Source: an uncultured Mollicutes bacterium (GTDB lineage Bacteria; Bacillota_I; Bacilli_A; RFN20; CAG-826). From it: a stretch of 64,000 nucleotides of DNA. Under the pieces are notes generated by a model, which was given only the letters and a program-made list of their open reading frames with translations, ran no database searches and had not been told where the DNA came from. Shown piece after piece: positions 1 through 9,887 of the stretch. The stretch spans positions 23,400 through 87,399 of the forward strand of contig URQK01000001.1 in NCBI GenBank assembly GCA_900549975.1, given 5' to 3'. Every line of letters begins with the position of its first letter. Position 1 is the first letter of the stretch. Made by a program: the position numbers and the translations under genes.

Positions 1-86
1 TTGTCGCATCTTTCAAAGATGTAACCGAAAAAGAAGAACCAATTAAATTCAATAAACCAAATATTATTCGTTATAGTATTGGTGCG

Positions 87-1676
87 TTGGCTATTATTAT
101 TGCTACTTCTGCAAGTGGTGCAACAATCGCATCGTGTAAAGCTAAAAATAATTCATATGATAACAATGCATTAGGATTTAAAATAGATGTAGAAAAAGAA
201 TTTGGTGATGTGGTTACTGATTATCCTTATGATCCTGCTTCTATTAAATTTAGCAAAGCTAATAATCCTTGGGCAAAGAAAACCACGGGCGAAATTGAAA
301 AAGCTGTAGGCACTAATAGAAGTGAACGTAGTGATAACGATCGATTTATTGTTTATCAATTTGAAGGCTTCTATGCTGAGGGATATCAAGGAAACTATTC
401 TAAAACTTATGGCTATCTATCGCTTTGGGATGATGGATTATATAATGGTGTTCAAGATAACAAAAACATATTTGGATATTGGTACAACATCGAAGAAGAT
501 GGTTCAGATTGTTTAGTTATGATTGATAATCGTGGAACAAATGCAAATATGATGTGCGTAAAATCAAATTCTAAATTCTATGATTGGACAGCAGATATTA
601 AACTTGATTTCTCATGGGGAACTCGTTCGTTAAAAGTTAATGGATTCTTATATACACCTGCAATTGGTATGTATATAGATACCGGAACGGATGACTTAAC
701 TTATGAATATGGCGATGAAATTGATACAACAAAATGGACAGCAATGCAAGTAAGAAATGATTTACGTGTTGGTGCTGTATTTGATCCAGATCAAACAATT
801 AAATGGTCAATTCCAAATACTAAAAAATATCCAGGAAAGCAAATAGTTAGAGCAAACTGGGATACATTTACTTGGGATACTAAAGTTACAATTGGTGTTG
901 ATCAAGGTACTTATGTACTCGATGCATCAAATGAAGCAGTCAAGAAAACATATCGCTTCGTTGATGGACTAGATACTTCTGGAATATTAGTAAAGCGTAT
1001 TACTGAAACAAAAGAAGAAATTTTAGATACAAGTTTATTAAAGAGCGAATTAGATTTAGTAAATAAAAAAGTTAATGTAATTATGCCTAATAAGACAGTT
1101 CAATCTTATGACATTACACTTGATGATTCAGAAGCATCAAATACAATCACTGGTAAGATTGGCGAAGTCGAAACCAAATACATTGTTAAATCTTTAGATA
1201 CAATGAAAGTAGTCTCAGGCGATAAGACAGTTGATGTTAAAATTGAACTAACAGGATCATCTAAACTTAAAGCAATTGTAATTGGTGAAAAAATTAGCGG
1301 TGATGATGACTTATTTAAAGCATTACCTGCTAAAATTTCAATGGTTGAAAAAGATGGAAACTTAGTAATACCAGATAAGAGATACTTTACAAGTACATCA
1401 AAAGCTAATCCATATTCTCAAAATGGAAATACATACTTTATCTTCGACTTAGCAAATGAAACAGTCGATGTCATCTGGACATTTACATATCAAGGACCAC
1501 AAACTCAAGAAATGAAGTGTACATATACATTATCTGGAGATTTAGCAGATGGTGTTAGAGTAACATTACAATCATGTATTAAAGAGACAAATGGACAATG
1601 GCAATGGTCAAGTAATAAATCCTTTACAATTACAGAATGTGGCATAGATGACTTACCATTTGCACCTACTTTATAA
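87..1676 (+). CDS. Putative surface lipoprotein; 5' end may lie upstream of the window (frame is open back to nt 3; TTG at 87)
   Basis: 529-aa ORF. The N-terminus has a hydrophobic stretch ending in the lipobox-like ASC (LAIIIATSASGATIASC). No stop occurs in frame upstream to the window edge. No recognisable catalytic motifs. Confidence 0.55.
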   Translation: MAIIIATSASGATIASCKAKNNSYDNNALGFKIDVEKEFGDVVTDYPYDPASIKFSKANNPWAKKTTGEIEKAVGTNRSERSDNDRFIVYQFEGFYAEGYQGNYSKTYGYLSLWDDGLYNGVQDNKNIFGYWYNIEEDGSDCLVMIDNRGTNANMMCVKSNSKFYDWTADIKLDFSWGTRSLKVNGFLYTPAIGMYIDTGTDDLTYEYGDEIDTTKWTAMQVRNDLRVGAVFDPDQTIKWSIPNTKKYPGKQIVRANWDTFTWDTKVTIGVDQGTYVLDASNEAVKKTYRFVDGLDTSGILVKRITETKEEILDTSLLKSELDLVNKKVNVIMPNKTVQSYDITLDDSEASNTITGKIGEVETKYIVKSLDTMKVVSGDKTVDVKIELTGSSKLKAIVIGEKISGDDDLFKALPAKISMVEKDGNLVIPDKRYFTSTSKANPYSQNGNTYFIFDLANETVDVIWTFTYQGPQTQEMKCTYTLSGDLADGVRVTLQSCIKETNGQWQWSSNKSFTITECGIDDLPFAPTL

Positions 1677-1704
1677 AAATAAAATTTAAAAGATTTAATT
1701 TTTG

Positions 1705-1736
1705 GAGAACTGGATAAATTCTAGTTCTCTTTTTAT
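1705..1736 (+). terminator. Rho-independent terminator after the first lipoprotein gene
   Basis: GAGAACT ... AGTTCTC stem followed by a T run (tctttttatt). Confidence 0.5.
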
Positions 1737-1755
1737 TATTAAATAAAAACAAAAA

Positions 1756-1800
1756 ATCCACTAAATCACTTTATTTAAGTGAAAATTTGGTGGATATTTT
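1756..1800 (-). terminator. Hairpin plus T run downstream (minus-strand sense) of tRNA-Ala
   Basis: ATCCACTAAAT / ATTTGGTGGAT imperfect inverted repeat with an inner CACTT/AAGTG pair. On the minus strand the hairpin is followed by TTTTTT. Confidence 0.4.
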
Positions 1801-1808
1801 AATTAAAT

Positions 1809-1884
1809 TGGTGGAGCCAACGAGGATCGAACTCGCGACCTCTTCGTTGCGAACGAAGCGCTCTCCCAACTGAGCTATGGCCCC
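1809..1884 (-). tRNA. tRNA-Ala, anticodon CGC
   Basis: The reverse complement reads GGGGCCATAGCTCAGTTGGGAGAGCGCTTCGTTCGCAACGAAGAGGTCGCGAGTTCGATCCTCGTTGGCTCCACCA (76 nt). It folds as a cloverleaf with a 7-bp acceptor stem containing the G3:U70 Ala identity pair, discriminator A73 and an encoded CCA. The anticodon loop is TTCGCAA, giving anticodon CGC. Confidence 0.85.
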
Positions 1885-2141
1885 ATGCATTGATAATTAT
1901 AGTTAATTTAATATCAAAAATAAACTATAATTTTCTCATTTTTTGCATAAAATTTTGAAATATTGCTTTTTTTAGTATTAATGTGAAAGCATTTTCATAT
2001 ATTTTTAAACTTCTACTATTGTTTTTTTGAAAATATAAATGTATTATATTTGCAATTAATCTATAGATTAAAAGAATCTTTTTTTTGAAAATTATAAAGT
2101 ATTTTTAATCTAAAATTGTTCAATTTTTAAAGGAGAAAAAT

Positions 2142-4433
2142 ATGAAAAAAGGAAAATTGTTTTTGACTATTTTGGCTAGTATGGCTTTAGTTGCTTGTAA
2201 TGAACCAACTAGTACATCTGGTTCTACATCTAAACCATCTACTTCAGATTCAGTTTCCACATCTACTGTAGAGAAGTTTAATGTAGAAGTAGTTGGTGGT
2301 ACTGGCGGAGGCAATGACATTACTTCTGGTAGTAGTGTCACAGTTGTGGCAAATGAACCAGAAGAAGGAAAAAAATTTGTTAAATGGGTAGATGAAAATG
2401 GTAACACTGTTTCAACTGATAAGAGTTACACATTTACGGTATCAAAGAGCGTAAAACTCACTGCAACTTATGAAACATTAAAATTTCAAGTGACAATTAC
2501 TGATGGAACTGGCTCAGGTGAATATGAATATGGCGCTAGTGTGACTATTCAAGCTAGTGTAACAAAAGGAAAAGAATTTATTGCCTGGGTAGACGCAAGT
2601 GGAAAAGAAGTAAGTAAAGATAATCCATATACATTTGTAGTAAAAAGCGATGTTACTTTATTTGCAGAATTTAAAGAAGCATTTGTGGAACCGCAAAACA
2701 TAGATGATGTGAAATCTCTTCTTGCTAAATCCGCTAAAGCGCAAGTTAACACTGCGTCGATGACAAGTAAAGTAAAAACAACTGCTTATAATGCTAATAA
2801 TAATTATGCAGTAAAATCAGAGACTGAATATAACGAAACCGCTAATATGTATGCTGATAATATTATGTTTGCTACAGGTAAAAATTCTACTGGTGAATAT
2901 GAGAAGGCGTTAAAAATAGAAAATAATCAATTGCTTTCTGTACTTTATTATCCAAAAGCATTAAGTTATTATTCTTCTGCTGTTAAATATGATATTGTTG
3001 ATGAAGTAATTGATGAAGATGCTCAAGTTACTTTAGAAAATGCCCAAGCACAAGTGTTTGCTAATAATTTAGTTTCAACACTATTAGAATTATTTAATGA
3101 CTATAAATTAGAAAATGTTGATAGTGTGACTTGTACAAGTGATAGTAATGTTCATAATATATTAATAAATGCACATTATGCGCCATCAGGTTATGAAAGT
3201 ACAAAGTATTGTACTATTGAAATAAACATTGTATTAAATCAATATTTTATTAAATCAGCTTCAATCGTTGAAAAGGAATATGTTCGTGCAACTCAATTCG
3301 AAAATGGCGTATTAAAAGAAGACGCAAAATCACTTAATAAATATGAAACAACGTATATTTGTGATCAATTGTCAAGTGATAAAGCTAGCGCACCAGATAC
3401 AGTTGATATTAATAAATACTTTATTTCTAGTTTTGATTTTTCAGGAAAATATAGCGATGGTGTTAGTACAAAGTCAGATCGTAAATTTAACAAAGATAAT
3501 AATAAAATTGCATTAAATGCTGAAATTTCATCGTATTATTTAGACATGTCAAATGTGTTGCCTGCGACAAGCATTGAAAAAAACACTTTAACAATTAAAT
3601 CTGTCGGAGATGAAAACATCTTCAAAGTAACAAAAAATAGCAGTGGAAAAATTTCTAGTATTAAAGCAATTGCAGTAGGTAAAACAACTATTACAGTTTC
3701 TTCTGTTGCAGGATGTTTATCTTCATATGAAGTTGAAGTTGTTGAAAATTTAGCCCCAGTTTCATTTGAAGTTGATTGTTTAGATAAAGTATTAGTAGGT
3801 GAAGAAATTGAATTAAATGTTAAAAATATAAGACCAGATACTTCTAATAAAAATGTTACATGGTCAGTTAATAATGCTGATATGGCAGAAATAGTAAATA
3901 AAGATGGTAAATTCTTCTTAAAAGGAAAAGGAGATAAAGCTGGATTTGTAACTATTACTGCTACGTCCAATAGTGATAATAGTGTTTCTGCTAGTAAAGA
4001 TGTCTTTATTTCTCAAGGAGCATTGTCACAAGATGCTTTACGTGAAGCCGTTAAGGGAACTTGGGTTAAAATGAGCTATTTTGGAACTTCTATCGAATTT
4101 ACTTTTAGTTTTAATGATGACGGAACATTCACCGCTGTTGACAATGTAAGAAAGTATAACAAAATAACCGGAAATGGTAATTGGGAAGTTTCAACTGATA
4201 AAGATTCTAGCATAGAAGACAATTTCTCTTCATATGGACATACAAATGTAGATGATTACTTAGTTGTTAAAATTACCAATTACACTTTAACTGATGAATC
4301 TGCTAATGGGTCGACAATTGAAATTCACTTTGCAATTGCTCCTGAAGGCTATGAAATGTATTATCACTTTAGAATTGGCTCAGGATCATTAAGTTCTGTA
4401 TCAACTATAGAAGGCAAAGTAATTAAACAATAA
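2142..4433 (+). CDS. Large surface lipoprotein with two tandem Listeria-Bacteroides-type (InlB B-repeat-like) domains and a Big_2-like Ig domain
   Basis: RBS AGGAG precedes ATG 2142. Signal peptide carries lipobox LVAC, followed by an S/T-rich linker. Two ~65-aa repeats (FNVEVVGG...KFVKWVDENGN...YTFTV...LTATYE and FQVTITDG...EFIAWVDASGK...YTFVV...LFAEFKE) are present. A Big_2-like segment lies around aa 490-560. Confidence 0.7.
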   Translation: MKKGKLFLTILASMALVACNEPTSTSGSTSKPSTSDSVSTSTVEKFNVEVVGGTGGGNDITSGSSVTVVANEPEEGKKFVKWVDENGNTVSTDKSYTFTVSKSVKLTATYETLKFQVTITDGTGSGEYEYGASVTIQASVTKGKEFIAWVDASGKEVSKDNPYTFVVKSDVTLFAEFKEAFVEPQNIDDVKSLLAKSAKAQVNTASMTSKVKTTAYNANNNYAVKSETEYNETANMYADNIMFATGKNSTGEYEKALKIENNQLLSVLYYPKALSYYSSAVKYDIVDEVIDEDAQVTLENAQAQVFANNLVSTLLELFNDYKLENVDSVTCTSDSNVHNILINAHYAPSGYESTKYCTIEINIVLNQYFIKSASIVEKEYVRATQFENGVLKEDAKSLNKYETTYICDQLSSDKASAPDTVDINKYFISSFDFSGKYSDGVSTKSDRKFNKDNNKIALNAEISSYYLDMSNVLPATSIEKNTLTIKSVGDENIFKVTKNSSGKISSIKAIAVGKTTITVSSVAGCLSSYEVEVVENLAPVSFEVDCLDKVLVGEEIELNVKNIRPDTSNKNVTWSVNNADMAEIVNKDGKFFLKGKGDKAGFVTITATSNSDNSVSASKDVFISQGALSQDALREAVKGTWVKMSYFGTSIEFTFSFNDDGTFTAVDNVRKYNKITGNGNWEVSTDKDSSIEDNFSSYGHTNVDDYLVVKITNYTLTDESANGSTIEIHFAIAPEGYEMYYHFRIGSGSLSSVSTIEGKVIKQ

Positions 4434-4453
4434 ATTAGGGAGTAAGAGGTTAT

Positions 4454-6166
4454 ATGAATAAAAAAATATTAATGTTAACATCAGCTCTAACTATCGGTGT
4501 GTTAGTGGCTTCATGTGGTAAAATTGAAAATTCATCAAATTCGAATTCATCATCTACAAGTGGGGGAACAAGTATCCCTAATACATCAGTGGATATTAAA
4601 AATGATGGAACAGTCGATTTAAATACTGCTCAATTATTAATAAATGGAGCAAAAGATAAAGATATCGATAATGCTAAAAAGAGTATTGTAACAACAGTTG
4701 CTATTGGCTATGATTCTGGAAGAAGATATCAACAAAGTAGCCGTTTAGAATCAACATCATATAAAGATGATTTAACAATTGGCACAGGAACAATTGAACA
4801 CTTTTTCTATGATAATCAAGATAATGTTTTAAAAGACACATTTGATGAAGTCTATACAATAAAATCAAATAATTATATTTATATGCGTAAATATAAGAAT
4901 GGCATATTTGTTGACCAAACAGAAAAGAAAAGTCTTTTAAACTCAACTGATCCAGTGGAATTAGAATACAACTACGCTACTGCGCGTGCTGAAGTATCAT
5001 GTGGAGCAGGATTAGATGCATATATCCAATTCTTTAATGCTCTTGTTGAAGCAGGCGGACAATGTTTATATGGTTCAGCAACAGATAAAGTAACAAACAA
5101 TGTTACATTATATTTCCAAACATCTTACGAAAGTACAGATACAAATCAATTAAGATTATCGACATTTGTATTCCAATTTGATAGTGCTAGAAATGGATTT
5201 TTACAAACATTTGATTCAACACAAAGTCTTTATAGTTTAGATATTTATAATGCTGCTGAAGATAAGAGTCAAATTCAACCAACGTATTATAGCAAACAAT
5301 TATTTGTCGTTGAAAAAGGTACACTTACTGATTTCACAGGTGAATTACCAGTTGATTTAGATAGTGCATTTGTTCAACAAATTAATGTTGCATCACCAAA
5401 AACAATAATTACAGTCGGTGAAACTATTGCTATCACATGGGAAGTTTTACCAACAACAGCATTAAACAAAACAGTAGTGCTTTCTAGTAAAAACGAAAAT
5501 GTAGCACGTGTTGATGAAGATGGTCGTGTTACAGGAATTAGTAAAGGCAAAGCAGTAATTTCTGTTTTAAATCCTGAAAGTGGAGTTGAAGGTACAATTG
5601 AAATAGAAGTTGTTGATAAGAGTCAAGGAGATGCCGGTGACGATTCTAAAAAAGGACCATTAAAAGCAGCATTGCAAGAAGCATTCTACCAATTATTTAA
5701 ATTTGATTCTATGTTCCATGGTGATTCCATTTTAGGAATGTGCCTAAGTTCAGATATTCAATTAAACGCTAAGAAACTTAGTGCTTTAACAATTTCGGAA
5801 TTTGCATATGATGAAAATTTACGTAAAGCAACATATGTTGGAGATTTGAGTAAGTTAATTGATATTCTTCCTTTTGAAGATAATGGAAACGCTAATGTAT
5901 CTAATGATTACTTACAAAAGCAGTTTAGTATATATCATGACAATGTCCTTGGATTAGAAGTATATCTAAAAGGGGACAATACAATAAGTTATATTAGATT
6001 TACAATGAGAACAGATAGCGCAAGTATGAGATCAGCAGAATTTGCAACATTAACTAACGAAAACGTACAAGAAGTAATGGGACAAAAGAGTGACTTCAAA
6101 GTAGGTTACGAACGCAAAGTAGTGTTTGAAAGCGCTGGATTCTCTTACCCAGATGACAATGAATAA
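4454..6166 (+). CDS. Surface lipoprotein with a Big_2-like domain
   Basis: RBS GGGAG precedes the start. Lipobox LVASC, then an S/N-rich linker. Ig-like segment ITVGETIAITWEVLPT...VARVDEDGRVTGISKGKAVISV. Confidence 0.7.
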   Translation: MNKKILMLTSALTIGVLVASCGKIENSSNSNSSSTSGGTSIPNTSVDIKNDGTVDLNTAQLLINGAKDKDIDNAKKSIVTTVAIGYDSGRRYQQSSRLESTSYKDDLTIGTGTIEHFFYDNQDNVLKDTFDEVYTIKSNNYIYMRKYKNGIFVDQTEKKSLLNSTDPVELEYNYATARAEVSCGAGLDAYIQFFNALVEAGGQCLYGSATDKVTNNVTLYFQTSYESTDTNQLRLSTFVFQFDSARNGFLQTFDSTQSLYSLDIYNAAEDKSQIQPTYYSKQLFVVEKGTLTDFTGELPVDLDSAFVQQINVASPKTIITVGETIAITWEVLPTTALNKTVVLSSKNENVARVDEDGRVTGISKGKAVISVLNPESGVEGTIEIEVVDKSQGDAGDDSKKGPLKAALQEAFYQLFKFDSMFHGDSILGMCLSSDIQLNAKKLSALTISEFAYDENLRKATYVGDLSKLIDILPFEDNGNANVSNDYLQKQFSIYHDNVLGLEVYLKGDNTISYIRFTMRTDSASMRSAEFATLTNENVQEVMGQKSDFKVGYERKVVFESAGFSYPDDNE

Positions 6167-7418
6167 AAAAGTATTATATTTAGCAATTCTCCCATTATTG
6201 CTAATAGCTTGTGATACTAGTGGTAGCGCAAGTAATTCTACTTCCGTCTCTAGTGTTTCTTTAACACCAGTTTCTTGGAATTTTGGAAGTAATAGTGCTT
6301 CTAATAAGCCATCTACTTCCACATCACAAGGAACGTCAAATACATCTAATTCAACAAGTAATGCAAATTCAGTATCAGAGGCTGATTTTAATAAGAAATT
6401 AATTCAAGCCACATTAATTGACGAATTAGATATCAATGAAGTATCGGTTTATACATATTTATCAGATGCAGTTGATAAATCAACAACAAGACAAGATTAT
6501 TCGATTAAACAATATTCTAATAATATTACTATTCAAACTGGAAAAGTAACGAAAGAATTAAAAAATGGAACAAGATATATAGAAACATATACAACACAAA
6601 ATACTTATGATGCCTCTACAACTTATTTGACATCTATTAAAAAATATAGTGGTACATTTAATAATTCGATAAGTATGACTAAATATGATGAAACATCCGC
6701 TAAATACTTGTTAGAAATTGGTCCAGCTACAAGAGCCTATTTTGCAATTAATAGTTTAGTTTCAAAATTTGGAGGCATTGATAATTTCCTTTTTGAATGT
6801 GAAAAAGATAGTTCTGGTGGTCTTGATGCTACTTATTTCTATTGTAATCCTTTAGATGGAAATGAGAACTTAGGCACAGTCATGGCTGTGGGTATACAAG
6901 TAAAAATCGATAAAGAAGGTTATGTCTATGATTTCTTTTATGGATATGGCTATTATCACCAAATGGATGCTACAAGCGCAACTAGGATGAGAAGAAGCGG
7001 ACCTTATGGATTTGGCCAAGATGGATATTCTTGTATTTATGAAAGTATTACTAAAGGTGAGCGTAAAGAATATGAAGGAGATTTACCATTTCCTTTAGAA
7101 GATAATATCCCTTCTAGTATAAGTTTTGAAAGTGATACTATTAATATATCACTAAGTGACATAGTTGAAGATGAAAAAGGATTACGCTATATTAATTTAT
7201 TAGATTATTTAGCGACTACTCCAAAATTAGGTGAAACAACAGACGCTCCAGCAAATGTTGCTACATTCTCTTTAAAAGATAATAATGTAGGACACATGGA
7301 TGATTCTAAACATTATTTGATATTTAATGGACCAACTGGAGAAATTGAGGTAACTGTTAACTATAAATTAGGGAATTTAGATTTATCAGCTAGTGCTAAG
7401 ATTGTTGTTACCGAATAA
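6159..7418 (+). CDS. Surface lipoprotein (probable start MNKKVLYLAILPLLLIAC; an in-frame TTG at 6126 and ATG at 6153 are alternatives)
   Basis: Lipobox LIAC followed by a long S/T/N-rich low-complexity linker. The start overlaps the upstream stop by 8 nt. Confidence 0.6.
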   Translation: MNKKVLYLAILPLLLIACDTSGSASNSTSVSSVSLTPVSWNFGSNSASNKPSTSTSQGTSNTSNSTSNANSVSEADFNKKLIQATLIDELDINEVSVYTYLSDAVDKSTTRQDYSIKQYSNNITIQTGKVTKELKNGTRYIETYTTQNTYDASTTYLTSIKKYSGTFNNSISMTKYDETSAKYLLEIGPATRAYFAINSLVSKFGGIDNFLFECEKDSSGGLDATYFYCNPLDGNENLGTVMAVGIQVKIDKEGYVYDFFYGYGYYHQMDATSATRMRRSGPYGFGQDGYSCIYESITKGERKEYEGDLPFPLEDNIPSSISFESDTINISLSDIVEDEKGLRYINLLDYLATTPKLGETTDAPANVATFSLKDNNVGHMDDSKHYLIFNGPTGEIEVTVNYKLGNLDLSASAKIVVTE

Positions 7419-7425
7419 AATCAAT

Positions 7426-7452
7426 AAAGCTCGTCAATTGGCGAGCTTTTCT
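7426..7452 (+). terminator. Rho-independent terminator ending the lipoprotein cluster
   Basis: AAAGCTCG ... CGAGCTTT stem followed by Ts. Confidence 0.6.
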
Positions 7453-7524
7453 AACGATTTTTCTTCCATTATAAATATATAGTGGTATAATACAAAGTTG
7501 TGAATTTGTAAGGAGATGTTTAAT

Positions 7525-8805
7525 ATGTTTTTAGAAGGTATTTCTAGTGAATATTATATTATTTTGTTACCATTAGCGTTAATTCTTATATTTTCAAAAA
7601 TATTTATGAAAATATGTAAGAAATTAAACCTACCATCAGTAATTGGTATGATTGTTGCAGGATTATTAATTGGATTAATTTCTTATATTCCTAATCAAGA
7701 TATATTAAATGAAACGACACAAGAAGGATTAGGATTCTTATCTAAAATTGGAGCAATATTAATTCTTTTCTCTGCAGGTCTAGAGACAGACTTAAAACAA
7801 ATTAAGTCAGTTGGTGGCCCAGCAGTTATTATTACTGTTGCAGGTGTTATTGTACCAATGGGTTTAGGATTTTTAGTAGCCACATTGTGTAATGGAGGAT
7901 TTGCAAATCTTACCCATGATGCCTTATTAACAAATTTATTTTATGGAACTATTTTAACAGCAACATCTGTTGGTATTACCGTTCAAACATTACGTGAAAT
8001 GGGTAAACTTAATAGTAGAGTAGGATCTACAATCGTTGCTGCGGCCATTATTGATGATGTCTTAGGAATTATTGTATTATCATTTGTTCTTGCTTTAAAA
8101 GGTAATGGCGGAGAAGCCGTTAATCCTTGGATTGTTGTTTTAAAAACAGTTGGATATTTTGCAGTTATTGCTGTTTTATCATTTGTGGCTAGCAAAGCAT
8201 TTAAATGGCTTGATAACAGATTTGAGCATCACCGTTTAGTACCAATATTTAGTTTAGCATTTTGTTTTATTATTGCTTATTTAAGTGAAAAATATTTTGG
8301 TATTGCTGATATTACTGGTGCATATATTGTTGGATTAATCTTATCCACTAATAACGAAAGTGGATATATTGAAAGAAAAACTGACATATTAAGTTATATG
8401 TTGTTTGTTCCAGTGTTTTTTGCCAACATTGGCATATCCACTAAATTTGAATCGATAAGTGGCTCGTTTGCATTATTTGGTTGTTTATTTATTATTGCAG
8501 GTATTATTGGCAAACTTATTGGATGTGGAATCGCCGCTAAATGCTGCAAATACTCTTTCTCTGATTCTGTAAAAATTGGTGTTGGTATGATGGCTCGAGC
8601 AGAAGTATGTCTTGTAACAGCTTCTAAAGGTACTGGTATTATTGATAATAATATAATGCCATTTATTGTAATATTAATAATTATTACAAGTTTGTTATCA
8701 CCAATATTCTTAAAACTAATATATAATCACGATAAGAAAAAAGAAGAAAAACTTCAACTAAAAGAAGCAGGATCTAATCCTGATTTAAACACTCAAAACA
8801 ATTAA
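7525..8805 (+). CDS. Monovalent cation:proton antiporter-2 (CPA2; NapA/KefB-type Na+/H+ or K+/H+ exchanger)
   Basis: About 12 predicted TM helices. CPA2-like motifs present (LLIGLISY, AILILFSAGLETDL, ATSVGITVQTL). AGGAG RBS lies 9 nt before ATG 7525; the ORF track begins at 7516. Confidence 0.75.
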   Translation: MFLEGISSEYYIILLPLALILIFSKIFMKICKKLNLPSVIGMIVAGLLIGLISYIPNQDILNETTQEGLGFLSKIGAILILFSAGLETDLKQIKSVGGPAVIITVAGVIVPMGLGFLVATLCNGGFANLTHDALLTNLFYGTILTATSVGITVQTLREMGKLNSRVGSTIVAAAIIDDVLGIIVLSFVLALKGNGGEAVNPWIVVLKTVGYFAVIAVLSFVASKAFKWLDNRFEHHRLVPIFSLAFCFIIAYLSEKYFGIADITGAYIVGLILSTNNESGYIERKTDILSYMLFVPVFFANIGISTKFESISGSFALFGCLFIIAGIIGKLIGCGIAAKCCKYSFSDSVKIGVGMMARAEVCLVTASKGTGIIDNNIMPFIVILIIITSLLSPIFLKLIYNHDKKKEEKLQLKEAGSNPDLNTQNN

Positions 8806-8810
8806 AAAAA

Positions 8811-8836
8811 ATTGGCGCTTTAGCCAATTTTTATTT
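8811..8836. terminator. Bidirectional terminator hairpin between convergent genes
   Basis: AAATTGGC ... GCCAATTT stem flanked by A and T runs on both sides. Confidence 0.5.
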
Positions 8837-9665
8837 TGCATGTATCATTATAAATGCTATCTTCTTTAATGATTTCATCAACACTTTCTGCGCTTATAAA
8901 TCCGCTTATAGGGTTTTTAATGCTATCAATATGTCCCACGATTGTGGCATTAACTTCGCTATATTCAAAACTTAAATCACATTTAATCATTTTACAATTT
9001 TTAAGAGTCAGATTTTTACAATAACATAAAGGCTGTGTTCCTTCGATAGTGCAATCGATTAAAGTAAGATTTTCTGAATACCAACCTAAATATTCTCCTT
9101 TAATGTAACTATTTTTAACAGTGACATTCTTTGTATGCCAGAAAGCATCTTTAGTATCTAATTTTGAATCTTCTACTATCATATTTTCCACATATTGATA
9201 AGAATACTTACCAGCAAAATCAATATTTTTAATACTTATATTTTTGCTATCAAGGAAAGCATATTCGCCCACTAAACTACAGTCAGTAAGAGTCAAATTC
9301 TCACTTTTCCAGCCGAATTCTGTAGAATTAATTTTAGAATTAGTAATAGTTATGTCTTTGCATTCACGTACAGCTTTGACTCCATCAAGTACGCAATCTT
9401 TTATACTACCATTTACGCAATACCATAAACTTGCACGACAATCGATATGGAATAGGTTGTTTACTAATTCAAAGTTATGATTATGCCAAATTGGATATCT
9501 TAAACATAGTTCTGAATTTTGAATTTTAATATTACGGCATTCTTTAAAAGCTGATTCACCATCTTCTTCGCCTTTAATTTTACAGTTATCAAAAATTGTA
9601 TCAACAGAGTGATAAAATGCTCTTTCTTTGCCATCAGTTACGTCTTTAATAATCATTAGTCTCAT
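8820..9665 (-). CDS. Cys-rich right-handed beta-helix repeat protein (DUF3737-like)
   Basis: No signal peptide. Repeated ~22-aa units (KNxTLxDCxIxG / NLTLKNCKM) are typical of parallel beta-helix proteins. About 20 Cys residues. Confidence 0.55.
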   Translation of the reverse strand: MRLMIIKDVTDGKERAFYHSVDTIFDNCKIKGEEDGESAFKECRNIKIQNSELCLRYPIWHNHNFELVNNLFHIDCRASLWYCVNGSIKDCVLDGVKAVRECKDITITNSKINSTEFGWKSENLTLTDCSLVGEYAFLDSKNISIKNIDFAGKYSYQYVENMIVEDSKLDTKDAFWHTKNVTVKNSYIKGEYLGWYSENLTLIDCTIEGTQPLCYCKNLTLKNCKMIKCDLSFEYSEVNATIVGHIDSIKNPISGFISAESVDEIIKEDSIYNDTCKIKIG

Positions 9666-9887
9666 CTCCGTTCATATTATATTAGATGTAATAAATTTTT
9701 TAAAGTGATTTGCATTCTGTTAATTGTATTAATTAAATTTTTTTAATTATTTTTCTAGGTGTTTTGATTGCTTCAAATAATATAGAATAAATCAAATTTT
9801 AAAAAAATCATAAAATGGTTTACTTTACGCGAGCAACAATATAAACTAACTTACGATAAATAATTTTATCGGAAAGTTGGAATCACT

